DNA from: a virus
UHGV virus genome: UHGV-0117054
Reading direction: 5' to 3' (one strand)
Length of the DNA: 18,256 nucleotides
The notes under the pieces are model-generated. The model was not told the origin of the DNA, did no database searches, and worked only from the letters and a program-made list of their open reading frames with translations. Made by a program: the position numbers and the translations under genes. This document shows positions 1 through 8,460 of the stretch, piece after piece. Position 1 is the stretch's first letter, and every line of letters starts with the position of its first letter.

Positions 1-159
1 GAGTACGCGCTGGCCGACGCCGGTGATTACCTGCTGATTGGTGAATCCACTGAAGCCGACCCGGTTGCTGCTGGCGCTGACGAGGTGCGGCAGGTCATCC
101 GCTATGCCGACACGTTCGAGCGAGTGGCGGATGATTTCGCCATCCTGACGGGGGTGTAG
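1..159 (+). CDS. 3' end of an upstream phage structural gene, possibly head-tail adaptor/connector; 5' end lies outside the window
   Basis: Open frame 1 runs from the window start to TAG at 157-159 (…RYADTFERVADDFAILTGV*), 2 bp before the next gene. Function is guessed from position only. Confidence 0.3.
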   Translation, partial: EYALADAGDYLLIGESTEADPVAAGADEVRQVIRYADTFERVADDFAILTGV

Positions 160-161
160 CT

Positions 162-602
162 ATGGGCATCAAAGTGAAGGGCATCAGCCAGGCGAAAAAG
201 CATCTGAATGACATCATTAACGACGTTCAGGGCCGGAAAGCAGTCCGCGCCATCCAGTCAGCGTTGATTCTTATTGGTGCCCGGGCTGCTTATTACACCC
301 CCATCGATACCTCTACGCTGGTGAACAGCCAGTTCCGGGAAATTGATGCGAGTGGCGTGATTATTACCGGGCGCGTCGGCTATTCGGCCAACTATGCGGC
401 GTATGTGCACGAGGCGTCCGGCAAGTTGAAAGGCCAGCCGCGTGCGCACTTCGGCACCACTCGATCAGGGCAGGAGTTTGGCGGCGGCACCGGGACGGGG
501 AACTACTGGGATCCGCACGGTGAACCTCAGTTCCTGACCAAAGGAGCAAACGAAGAGCGCGATGCTATCGATGCAGTGATGCGCAAGGAGCTTTCGCTAT
601 GA
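162..602 (+). CDS. Head-tail joining / tail completion protein, HK97 gp10-like
   Basis: 146-aa ORF with ATG start, tightly packed upstream of the major tail gene. The motif YTPIDTSTLVNSQF resembles the P-x-DTG-L-x-S signature I recall for the HK97 gp10 family. Size and position fit. Confidence 0.55.
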   Translation: MGIKVKGISQAKKHLNDIINDVQGRKAVRAIQSALILIGARAAYYTPIDTSTLVNSQFREIDASGVIITGRVGYSANYAAYVHEASGKLKGQPRAHFGTTRSGQEFGGGTGTGNYWDPHGEPQFLTKGANEERDAIDAVMRKELSL

Positions 603-982
603 CACCCATGATGCATGAGCGGGTGCGCAACATGTTCGGTGATGCTGGCCTGACAGCCGGATTTACGGTGCAAAAGTTGATGTACGACGACCCGGAGGAT
701 TTGACCCAGGCCGTGATGGTATTCCGGCCAAACGGTGGTTCGAACATCCGTCACGACCTTGGATCTGAACATCACGTCCTCGTTGATGTGATCGGTGCGA
801 AGGATAAGCGCGGCGACGCCGCCGATGCCGTGCAGCGCATCGTCGATTACGTCCAGGCCAACCCTATGGCTGATGAGTGTGTCGGCTACATCCAGAACAT
901 GGGCGCAATCCCTGCGCCGGTGCTCACGGCAGAAGGTCGGATAGTCTTTCGCCTCCAGTTCGCCTGCACCTACGGCGAATAG
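599..982 (+). CDS. Tail terminator / tail completion protein (gpU-like position)
   Basis: 127-aa ORF whose ATG overlaps the upstream stop (ATGA coupling). It sits immediately before the major tail protein gene. Assignment is by synteny and size. Confidence 0.45.
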   Translation: MTPMMHERVRNMFGDAGLTAGFTVQKLMYDDPEDLTQAVMVFRPNGGSNIRHDLGSEHHVLVDVIGAKDKRGDAADAVQRIVDYVQANPMADECVGYIQNMGAIPAPVLTAEGRIVFRLQFACTYGE

Positions 983-999
983 CCATACCAACCAAATAG

Positions 1000-1027
1000 A
1001 CCCGCTCCGGCGGGTTTTCTTTTTTAT
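1000..1027 (+). terminator. Intrinsic terminator/attenuator hairpin upstream of the major tail gene
   Basis: acccgc-tccg-gcgggt stem-loop followed by ttttcttttttat. It lies between the stop at 982 and the SD (aagagga) of the major tail gene. Confidence 0.5.
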
Positions 1028-1047
1028 ACGTCAAAGAGGAAGTTTCT

Positions 1048-1791
1048 ATGGCTAATTGCCAGAACTCGAACGAACGCCTGTTCGGTGGTGCAGTCGTACT
1101 GGAAGTCGCCGATGGTTGCCCGGACGTCAAACCACTCGAAGCTGAGTGGAAGGCGCTGGCGGCCGGTACGTCGAAAGGCTTCGACTTTAACCCGAACTCG
1201 GTAACCTCAGATGCGGATGACGGCGGTGGCTATGTCGAAACCATCATCACCAACAGTGATTTTACCCTGAGCTTCGAGGGTGAGGTCCGCAAGAAGGATA
1301 AGCTGGATCAGTACGGTGTTGGCAAATTCATCAAGTATTTCGCTGACGAGCTGAAGGCCAAGCGCCAGCCCGGTATCTGGGTGCGTATGGACTACGGCCC
1401 GGTAGAATTTATCGGCTACATGAACATCACGGCGCTGAGTTCTGACGGCGGTACCAACGATATCGTCACGTTCTCTACCGAGTTCAAAGTGGGCGATGCC
1501 AGCACCATCGAGGTTAACGAAGTGACAGCGGTGGCGGTGACCGGCGTAACGGTAACCCCTGCTACCAGCACCGGCGCGGCAGGCGGTACCAGCACCTTTA
1601 CGGTGAATATCGCCCCGACTGGCGCAACCAACAAAGACTTCACCGTAGCATCAACCGATCCAACCAAAGCCACTGCCACTGCCTCCGGTACCACCGTCAC
1701 GGTGAACCGCGTCGCCGCCGGCAGCGCGCAGATCATCATCAACACCGAAGATGGAAACTTTGTGGCCGTGCATACGGTTACCGTTACCTAA
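1048..1791 (+). CDS. Major tail protein with C-terminal Ig-like (Big_2-type) domain
   Basis: 247 aa with SD aagagga upstream. The C-terminal ~90 aa is a Thr/Val/Ala-rich beta-sandwich-like region (VTGVTVTPATSTGAAGGTSTFTVNIAPTGATNKDFTVASTD…) typical of Ig-like decorations on lambda gpV-like tail tube proteins. Position is between tail terminator and chaperone. Confidence 0.8.
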   Translation: MANCQNSNERLFGGAVVLEVADGCPDVKPLEAEWKALAAGTSKGFDFNPNSVTSDADDGGGYVETIITNSDFTLSFEGEVRKKDKLDQYGVGKFIKYFADELKAKRQPGIWVRMDYGPVEFIGYMNITALSSDGGTNDIVTFSTEFKVGDASTIEVNEVTAVAVTGVTVTPATSTGAAGGTSTFTVNIAPTGATNKDFTVASTDPTKATATASGTTVTVNRVAAGSAQIIINTEDGNFVAVHTVTVT

Positions 1792-1851
1792 CGGACATTC
1801 CAAAGGGTGGCCTCGGCTGCCCTTGATAATGCTCGTTACCCGGGAAGGAAA

Positions 1852-2526
1852 ATGAATGCACTAATCGACATTGGCGAGTTTTCTGTCAGTGATGGCCGTG
1901 AAGGAGGAAAAGACTACCTGCTGAGACCATCACTGATGGCTATGACGCGGATCGGCAATCCAGCGGAGATTGTTCAGGCGTATGCCACGGTGCACGGTAG
2001 CGATGTTGCTGCCGTCATCCAGTTCTGTACTGATACGCTTGGCCGCTTTCCGGACTGGCTGTCGCCATCCATGAATCGCATCGCAGAACGGCTGCTATCG
2101 CTGAGTATGCACATCATGCAGGCCTGCTGTGATGACGATCTTACCCCGATGATAGGTGAGTGGAAAGGGTGGAGCCGGTACGTTGTTTACCGGCCCGGGC
2201 AGATGCCGAGAAACGACATCATCGTGCTGGCTCAGCACCTTATGCAGCATGGCGTCGTAGGTAAGGCCAGTGTGCGCCGCCTGCAGCGGCATGAGTCAGG
2301 TGAAACGACGAACGAGTTTAAGGTCTTCGACTACATCAGCGCGGCGCGTAGCCACTTCGGCATGAGCCGGGAAGAGGCTGCGGCGCTGACAATGACTGAG
2401 TTTCAGCTGATGCTGGCGCAGAAATACCCCGATCAGAAGGGCTTCACCCGCGAAGAGTACGACGCGGTTGCTGATGACTACCTGAAAAAGCAGGCGGCAC
2501 GCCGGGCGCAGGCGAATCAGAAGTAA
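1852..2526 (+). CDS. Putative tail assembly chaperone (assigned by position); alternative GTG start at 1807
   Basis: ORF follows the major tail gene and precedes the tape measure region. ATG at 1852 has gggaagga upstream; GTG at 1807 has no good SD. No canonical G/GT frameshift partner was found. Confidence 0.35.
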   Translation: MNALIDIGEFSVSDGREGGKDYLLRPSLMAMTRIGNPAEIVQAYATVHGSDVAAVIQFCTDTLGRFPDWLSPSMNRIAERLLSLSMHIMQACCDDDLTPMIGEWKGWSRYVVYRPGQMPRNDIIVLAQHLMQHGVVGKASVRRLQRHESGETTNEFKVFDYISAARSHFGMSREEAAALTMTEFQLMLAQKYPDQKGFTREEYDAVADDYLKKQAARRAQANQK

Positions 2527-2635
2527 TCGGCATTCACTCCGGGCACCTCTTGAGATCAATAAATCAGCAGTTGCCGTTGCGCCTGTGCTATTCCTGGGTA
2601 GGATGTTTCCATTTTTACCAATCGGGAATAGGGAT

Positions 2636-2974
2636 ATGAAGAAGTTAGCTTTGGCATTGCTTGCAGTGGTTTCTTTGGGGGCTTCTGCGTCAAATACGTA
2701 CACAAAAGAACAACTCAACTCAATGGCTGCATCTGGGAGTTACCCAGAACAGGAATCGCCAGTTACTAAGAGCGTTGAGTCAGTGTCATTTGAGAGGTGT
2801 AAGCAAGACACCTACGGCGTTTATAACCAAGTAGCTGGCAATTATCCGGCACAAGAAGTTGTCAACACCGGCATCCTTTACATTGTTAAAATTTGGACCA
2901 ATGACGGCGTGATCATGGTTTCATGTTCAGGGCCTGATGGTAAAAAACTTGTCACTCAATCCTCCTACAAGTAA
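2636..2974 (+). CDS. Secreted/periplasmic hypothetical protein with cleavable signal peptide (moron)
   Basis: N-terminus MKKLALALLAVVSLGASA|SN is a classic Sec signal peptide with an AxA site. The mature part has two Cys. The segment is AT-rich compared with flanking tail genes. Confidence 0.55.
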   Translation: MKKLALALLAVVSLGASASNTYTKEQLNSMAASGSYPEQESPVTKSVESVSFERCKQDTYGVYNQVAGNYPAQEVVNTGILYIVKIWTNDGVIMVSCSGPDGKKLVTQSSYK

Positions 2975-2984
2975 GGGAATATCT

Positions 2985-3317
2985 ATGAGCGAACAAGAGC
3001 AACTGCAGAGTTTGAGTGAAGAGGTGGCCAGAGCATACCTGCGCCACCTGGAAGCAACCACTGGCGGAAATACGGTTACTTACGATGGTGTGACAAGATC
3101 AATTACTCTCGAAGAACTAGTTTTTGGCCTAATAGGGGTCGCACATTTCAATGCTAAAAACCACCCAAACGACGAGATACTAAAAGACCCATATAAACAT
3201 CTCTCGCACATGATTGATATTTTATCAAAGCCATATGTGATAACTGAGTTCGGTCTAAAAGTTATTGAACATATGAATGAAATTTCCATTCATAAACAGC
3301 GTGGGGTGTTGATGTGA
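2985..3317 (+). CDS. Hypothetical cytoplasmic protein (moron)
   Basis: 110-aa ORF with ATG start and SD aaggga upstream. Low GC, no signal peptide. Its 3' end overlaps the next gene (GTG/ATGTGA junction). Confidence 0.5.
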   Translation: MSEQEQLQSLSEEVARAYLRHLEATTGGNTVTYDGVTRSITLEELVFGLIGVAHFNAKNHPNDEILKDPYKHLSHMIDILSKPYVITEFGLKVIEHMNEISIHKQRGVLM

Positions 3318-3691
3318 AAACGGGTGCAATGTGCTTATCTTTGCTGTTTTTAATTTCTGGTTGCGATGATGGCGGAAAAGGAAGTGTAGCTAACGGGGCC
3401 GATACAGCTATAACAATGTTCAAATCATCTATGAGTGAGGGTGATCATCCACCCTTCGAATATCAGCGCCTCGTATTCAAACCAGATCAGCAAAACTCAA
3501 GCAAGGTAATAAGTGGATGGGTTTGCGGAGATGGAAGCATGAAGCGTGATGATAAGACCTTTAACTTTAAAGTTAGAGGTCATGTTATTAAGTCAGAAGA
3601 TATTTCATATGTTGGTGACATAGCCGCACTGCTTTCTGATACTGAAATGGTCAAATACGACATTCTTTACAATAAGAATTGCAAAGAATAA
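3314..3691 (+). CDS. Lipoprotein with predicted inner-membrane retention (moron); start GTG 3314 or ATG 3329
   Basis: N-terminus MKTGAMCLSLLFLISGC carries a lipobox (ISGC). The residue after the lipid-modified Cys is Asp (CDD), the +2 Asp Lol-avoidance signal known in E. coli. Low GC. Confidence 0.6.
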   Translation: MKTGAMCLSLLFLISGCDDGGKGSVANGADTAITMFKSSMSEGDHPPFEYQRLVFKPDQQNSSKVISGWVCGDGSMKRDDKTFNFKVRGHVIKSEDISYVGDIAALLSDTEMVKYDILYNKNCKE

Positions 3692-3711
3692 GCAGGAAGA
3701 AATCTTAACAA

Positions 3712-3737
3712 ACCTCGCCTCGGCGGGGTTTTTTATT
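3712..3737 (+). terminator. Intrinsic terminator ending the moron cluster, just upstream of the tape measure gene
   Basis: cctcgcc-tc-ggcgggg hairpin followed by ttttttatt. The tape measure SD (ggag) follows immediately. Confidence 0.55.
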
Positions 3738-3751
3738 GCCCGGAGATAGCA

Positions 3752-6688
3752 ATGGCAAAAGAACAAAATGCTGGCAGCGTCGTCTATACGGTAAGCGCTG
3801 AGATCGAGCCCCTACTGATTGCTGGTAAGCAGGCCATTGATGTTCTGGATAAGCTGGATGCAGCCGCTCAACAATCTGGCAAGGGAATGGATAGCCTGGA
3901 CCAGAGTACATCCCATACTGGATCGGCGTTCAACGAACTGGCTGGATATGCCAATTCAATGGATAACCAACTGCGTAAACTGAACACCAATGTAAGCGGC
4001 ATAGCTCGCGCCATGGAAGAAGCTCGCAGCGGTACCGGGGGAGCAAACAGCGAATTCAATCGCGCTGAATCTATCATTGAGGCATTGGGTAACCAGTTGG
4101 CAATACTGGACGAGGCGCAGGAGAATGGTGCTCGCAGCGCTGCAGTGCTGGCAGCCCAGTTGCGCGCTGGCTCTAAAGCCACCGACGAAGAGAAGCAGAA
4201 GATCGGCGAGCTTACTGGTCGCTTATATGACATGAAGACTGGCGTTGAAAATGGCGCAAAAGGCACTGGCAGCTGGAAGTCCAGCATGCAGCAGGCTGGT
4301 TACCAGGTTCAGGACTTCATTATTCAGGTGCAGGGAGGTCAATCTGCGCTGGTGGCTTTCGCTCAGCAGGGCTCTCAGCTTGCTGGCGCATTCGGTCCGG
4401 GCGGTGCGATTGTCGGTTCTATCATTGCGCTGAGCTCGGTTATCGCTGGTGTGCTGATTACTTCGCTCAATGGCGGAAAGAACGCCATGGATGCTCTTAA
4501 GAGCGCTGCTGAAACCATGGATAAGGTTATTACCATTTCACAAAATGGTGTGGCCGCCCTCTCTGATAAATATGCCGCTCTGGCACAGACAAATATTGCT
4601 GTGGCAACCTTGATGAAAAAGCAGGCCGAGCTGGAATTGCAGGCTGCTCTATCAAACGTCTCAAAAGAAGTACAAAAGGCATCGAGTGACTTCATTAGCT
4701 TTGGTGATTCATTGATGTCTTCGCTGGGCGGTGGATATGCCAGCGTAAAATTATTTAATGACTATTTGTCCACGCTAAATATAACCACTAACGATTTCAG
4801 TGAGGCATGGAAGCAGGCAGCTGCCAGCGGGCAGGATGGTCAGTCAACGATGAACTCTATGGTGGCAACTGTTGCGGCCCTGTCTACCAAGTTCGATATT
4901 AGCGATCAGAAAGCTTTTGAGTTTGCTAAGCAACTTTCTGACATAGCGAAAACACCAACTGATGAAAAACTTAAGGCATTGGTTGTGACTCTGCAGGATG
5001 TCGGGAATGGGCAATCTTCTGGCGCGGCTAAGGCCCGGGAATATGCCAAAAGTCTCTTAACCATCATGGAGACAAGCACAGACGCTACTTCACGCCTTAA
5101 GGCTCTGAAAGAGATGACTGATAGCCTGACTTCCAGCCAGGATAAGGCGCTAAAAATCGCTCAGCAGGAGCTGTTTATTGCGCGGCAAACTGGTGAGGCT
5201 CAAATGAAAGCCAAGGCTTGGCGAGATGCCGAAACGCAGGGGCTGAAAGAGGGGACGGAAGCATTCAGGAAATACTACAACGTCAAGCTGGCAACCTATA
5301 AACAGGATGCGGCTAACGCTAACAGCAAGAAGGGAGCCAGTAGCGCTGCGTCAGAAGCTAAGAAGTTAGCCAATCAGCAAGAAACGGTGGCGCAAAAGCT
5401 TGAGAATTTGAGGCAGCAATCAGAGCTGACAGCCAAGTCGACGCAGCAACTCAGCCGCGAGCAGGCCATCCTCACTGCCCAGCAATCCTTGGGTGCAGCA
5501 GCAACTCAAAAAGACCTCGATCTTGCCGGACAGTATGCCGCTGCAAAATGGGATACGGCCAATGCGCTCAAAGCGCAGGCCGCCGCCGAGAAGCTCCTGC
5601 CGGAAGCGCGCGAAAACGCCAGCTATAAGCAGGATGTTGAGGATCTGAATACTGCCCTGACCGCGAAGAAAATCAGCCAGGAACAATACAACGAGACCGC
5701 AGAGCGCCTGGAGGCAACGCACCAGAACAACCTCGCCAAAATCCGTGCGCAGCAGGCAGTAACACCGCAGCAGGAGGCCGCTGGCGGCGTCGACCCGGTG
5801 CAGCAGCTGGCGAATGAGAACGCGCGTAAGCTGGCGCTCATTCAGCAGTACGAGCAGCAGGGCGTATTAACCCACCAGAATGCTTTGGCGCTGCGAGCTG
5901 CTGCTGATACAGAGTACGAGCAGGCGCGCATCGCTGCACAGTGGGAGATTTACCGTAATCAGAGCACTGGCAATGAACTGCTGGCCACCTCGCTGGAAGG
6001 CCTGCAGAGCGGGGCAACCAATGCCCTCACTGGATTAATCAACGGCACCCAGAGCCTGCAGGAGGCAATGGCTAACGTTGGCTCGACCATCATCAACAGC
6101 GTGATCGGCAGCCTCGTAGAAATGGGCATGCAGTGGGTTAAAAATCAGGTGATGGGGCAGGCAGCGGCGGCAGCCTCTCTGGCATCTACCATGGCGCAGG
6201 CAACTGCTGCAGCATCAGCTTGGGCGCCGGCAGCAATGAGTGCGTCGATCGCCACGTACGGCAGCGCCGCTGCTGTTGGTCAATCGGCTTATGCAGCCTC
6301 TCTTCTGTCAGCCAAGGGGTTAGCTGTCGCCGGTGCCCGCGAACACGGCGGGCCGGTCTCGGCCAGCTCCATGTACCGTGTGGGCGAAGGTGGCAAACCT
6401 GAGATTTTCAAAGCCAGCAATGGCAGCCAGTACATGATCCCCGGCGATAACGGTCGCGTCATCAGTAACCGCGATATTGGCGGTAGTGGCGGGGGGGCGT
6501 TCAATTACAGCCCGGTCATTCAGGTTAACGGGGATCCGACTGAGCAGCAGTTGGCCATGCTCGAGGCCGCGGTCAAGCGCGGCGCGCAGCAGGGCTATGC
6601 CATGGCCGTCAGCGACGTCGCCAGCGGCAAAGGAAAACTCTCCAACGCTCTGACCAACAACTTCAACACCAGTCAACGCCTCACATAA
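3752..6688 (+). CDS. Tail tape measure protein
   Basis: 978 aa, Ala/Gln/Glu-rich with long predicted coiled-coil stretches. It has an internal hydrophobic Gly-rich segment (…AFAQQGSQLAGAFGPGGAIVGSIIALSSVIAGVLITSL…). The C-terminal region (…YRVGEGGKPEIF…) resembles the lambda gpH C-terminus as I recall it. Confidence 0.9.
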   Translation: MAKEQNAGSVVYTVSAEIEPLLIAGKQAIDVLDKLDAAAQQSGKGMDSLDQSTSHTGSAFNELAGYANSMDNQLRKLNTNVSGIARAMEEARSGTGGANSEFNRAESIIEALGNQLAILDEAQENGARSAAVLAAQLRAGSKATDEEKQKIGELTGRLYDMKTGVENGAKGTGSWKSSMQQAGYQVQDFIIQVQGGQSALVAFAQQGSQLAGAFGPGGAIVGSIIALSSVIAGVLITSLNGGKNAMDALKSAAETMDKVITISQNGVAALSDKYAALAQTNIAVATLMKKQAELELQAALSNVSKEVQKASSDFISFGDSLMSSLGGGYASVKLFNDYLSTLNITTNDFSEAWKQAAASGQDGQSTMNSMVATVAALSTKFDISDQKAFEFAKQLSDIAKTPTDEKLKALVVTLQDVGNGQSSGAAKAREYAKSLLTIMETSTDATSRLKALKEMTDSLTSSQDKALKIAQQELFIARQTGEAQMKAKAWRDAETQGLKEGTEAFRKYYNVKLATYKQDAANANSKKGASSAASEAKKLANQQETVAQKLENLRQQSELTAKSTQQLSREQAILTAQQSLGAAATQKDLDLAGQYAAAKWDTANALKAQAAAEKLLPEARENASYKQDVEDLNTALTAKKISQEQYNETAERLEATHQNNLAKIRAQQAVTPQQEAAGGVDPVQQLANENARKLALIQQYEQQGVLTHQNALALRAAADTEYEQARIAAQWEIYRNQSTGNELLATSLEGLQSGATNALTGLINGTQSLQEAMANVGSTIINSVIGSLVEMGMQWVKNQVMGQAAAAASLASTMAQATAAASAWAPAAMSASIATYGSAAAVGQSAYAASLLSAKGLAVAGAREHGGPVSASSMYRVGEGGKPEIFKASNGSQYMIPGDNGRVISNRDIGGSGGGAFNYSPVIQVNGDPTEQQLAMLEAAVKRGAQQGYAMAVSDVASGKGKLSNALTNNFNTSQRLT

Positions 6689-6697
6689 GGAGTTCCC

Positions 6698-7168
6698 ATG
6701 GGGATCAGCAGCACCATTGATTTCCCGCACCAGTACCTGCCAATGCCTCAGCGTTCCGGGCATGGATTCACTCCGGTAAGCCCTCTCCAGCGTTCCACTA
6801 TGACATCCGGCCGCACGCGGCAGCGCCGCAAATACACCTCGGTTCCAACTGAGGCGGGTGTTTCATGGGTATTTAATGATGCCCAAGCGCAGCTGTTTGA
6901 GGTGTGGTTCAGAGACGTGATAACGGACGGCGCAGCGTGGTTCAACATGCGCATGCGCACGCCAATGGGCGTCGGTGACTACGTCTGCCGGTTCAAGGAT
7001 ATCTACGACGGGCCGGTGCTGTTCGGGTTAGGGTTCTGGAAATTCACGGCAACACTGGAGCTTTGGGAGCGTCCAATCCTGCCAGCTGGCTGGGGTAATT
7101 TCCCTGAGTTCATCGTGGGGCAGAGCATTATCGATTACGCGCTCAACAAGGAGTGGCCTGAAGCATGA
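6698..7168 (+). CDS. Minor tail protein (distal tail / gpM-like position)
   Basis: 156-aa ORF directly after the tape measure gene, with SD aaggag 6 nt upstream of ATG. Its stop overlaps the next gene's start. Assigned by synteny. Confidence 0.55.
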   Translation: MGISSTIDFPHQYLPMPQRSGHGFTPVSPLQRSTMTSGRTRQRRKYTSVPTEAGVSWVFNDAQAQLFEVWFRDVITDGAAWFNMRMRTPMGVGDYVCRFKDIYDGPVLFGLGFWKFTATLELWERPILPAGWGNFPEFIVGQSIIDYALNKEWPEA

Positions 7169-7653
7169 CCAGTCCAACCCTGAACAGGCTTTACGCCAGT
7201 GGCGGCAGCGAGGCGCTACTGAATACGCTGCAGATTACCGTCGGTGGGCAGGATTACTGGCTGGTCGAGAACTTCGAAGATATCACCGCTGTTACAGAGG
7301 CGGGGGCGACAGTGACATTCCAGGCGGCTGCCATGGCCGTCGCGCTGCCAGCCAGGAACAAAGACGGCACGCAGGATCTGCAGTTCGCCATCAGCAACAT
7401 TGACGGCATCGTTTCTACTGCGATACGCAACGCCCTGGCTAACCTGAACAACGGTACTCTGGTAATGCGGCAGTACATATCGACCGACCTTGGCTACCCG
7501 GCGGCACCACCTATCGTTCTGCAGATTAAGGACGGGTACTGGAAGGCGACCGAGGTGCAAATTACTGCCGGATTCCTGAATATCCTGAAAACCGCATGGC
7601 CGCGCTATCGTTACACGCTTCCTGTCTTCCCGGGGCTGCGTTATTTAACTTGA
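7165..7653 (+). CDS. Minor tail protein (gpL-like position)
   Basis: 162-aa ORF, ATG overlapping the upstream stop (translational coupling). Backbone GC. Assigned by synteny. Confidence 0.55.
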   Translation: MTSPTLNRLYASGGSEALLNTLQITVGGQDYWLVENFEDITAVTEAGATVTFQAAAMAVALPARNKDGTQDLQFAISNIDGIVSTAIRNALANLNNGTLVMRQYISTDLGYPAAPPIVLQIKDGYWKATEVQITAGFLNILKTAWPRYRYTLPVFPGLRYLT

Positions 7654-7708
7654 TGCTTGACCCTCCCAGAGTTCAATATTTCTCCTCACCTTAAGTGAAG
7701 GAGGATTT

Positions 7709-8263
7709 ATGCTCGGCTCTCTCAGGGAAATTGTCTTCTCCGTTGCAAAGCATGAAGTTGGACACTGGCTCGCATGGCATTGCTATGGCGGATCTTCGTC
7801 TGGCATCGAAGTAAAAATTCTATCGATTAATGGGCGACACACAGGTGCTTTTATCCCTGATATGGAGTGGGAAGTATCTACTCTGGATGAAGCCTGTAAA
7901 TATGTAAAAGCCAGGCTGCTGTGCCTACACGCTGGTATTTATGCGGAATCTTTCCTCGGTGATATTTATGACGCAGAGCGCATAAGCCGTGAGTTTAACC
8001 ACCTCGGCGCAGCAGCATCTGACTTTCACCGTAGTATTGAGCTTGCCTGGGCTTACTGCAACCTGACAGGCCGCTCAGATCAATACAGCGCGGTTTGTAG
8101 CGAAATAGACCAGGAGGCAGCCAGTCTGGTGGCGGATAATTTTGAATTTATTAAGCACGCAGCGAAGGCGATATCAGACATGGCGGCTTACGAAGGTCAG
8201 CTTATTAAGCTTCCTGACTATGAACTGCAATCCATGTATGAAAAATTTAAACGTCAGAGGTGA
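7709..8263 (+). CDS. Standalone FtsH-like (M41 family) zinc metallopeptidase domain protein, no AAA+ or membrane module
   Basis: HEVGH (HExxH) at residues 15-19. Downstream blocks line up with the E. coli FtsH protease domain as I recall it: EVKILSINGRHTGAF vs KVTIIPRGRALGVTF; LHAGIYAESFLG vs LYGGRLAEEIIYG; LGAAASDF vs STGASNDI; IDQEAASLVADNFEFIKHAAKAISDMAAYEGQL vs [34 protein letters not shown]. Strong SD (gaaggagga), lower GC than flanking tail genes. Confidence 0.65.
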   Translation: MLGSLREIVFSVAKHEVGHWLAWHCYGGSSSGIEVKILSINGRHTGAFIPDMEWEVSTLDEACKYVKARLLCLHAGIYAESFLGDIYDAERISREFNHLGAAASDFHRSIELAWAYCNLTGRSDQYSAVCSEIDQEAASLVADNFEFIKHAAKAISDMAAYEGQLIKLPDYELQSMYEKFKRQR

Positions 8264-8266
8264 TGA

Positions 8267-8437
8267 ATGGAAAAATTAACGCTTTCGGTAAAAGTTGATA
8301 CCACATCATTAGATGAGGCTATCGAGAAGGTCAGGACCTTAAAAAAAGAATTAAGGGAGCTTGGCCTGCCTTACTTCACCGGCAATCCTCTGGCTGGATA
8401 CCAGCCACAACAAGAAGAAAAAGCCACCAACCAATAA
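8267..8437 (+). CDS. Small hypothetical protein (56 aa) co-located with the M41 peptidase gene
   Basis: ATG 4 nt after the peptidase stop, SD-like gagg upstream. Translation MEKLTLSVKVDTTSLDEAIEKVRTLKKELRELGLPYFTGNPLAGYQPQQEEKATNQ. It ends at the terminator hairpin. Not in the supplied ORF track because it is under 60 aa. Confidence 0.3.
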   Translation: MEKLTLSVKVDTTSLDEAIEKVRTLKKELRELGLPYFTGNPLAGYQPQQEEKATNQ

Positions 8438-8460
8438 GCCGCTTGAAGCGGCTTTTTTTA
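8436..8460 (+). terminator. Intrinsic terminator closing the peptidase moron
   Basis: aagccgc-ttgaa-gcggctt hairpin followed by a run of seven T. It sits between the small ORF stop and the NlpC/P60 gene start. Confidence 0.5.

Noticed and set aside
527-991. 154-aa minus-strand ORF overlapping the head-tail joining genes
   Set aside because: Antisense to two tightly coupled + strand structural genes, with no independent signals.
2478-2535. Possible programmed -1 frameshift site (G AAA AAG) at the end of the putative chaperone gene
   Set aside because: The heptamer is not a canonical X XXY YYZ slip site, the -1 frame runs only ~45 codons, and it does not abut the tape measure gene.
3868-6763. 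Several 60-147-aa minus-strand ORFs (3868-4287, 4375-4695, 5420-5722, 5623-5841, 6289-6504, 6320-6763) within the tape measure gene
   Set aside because: All are embedded antisense in the tape measure coding region. Their low-complexity translations are consistent with a GC-rich Ala-coding gene read on the opposite strand.
7654-7708. Sigma70 promoter for the M41 peptidase moron
   Set aside because: A TTGACC -35-like hexamer is present, but no -10 hexamer sits at acceptable spacing. Moron-specific transcription remains unproven.
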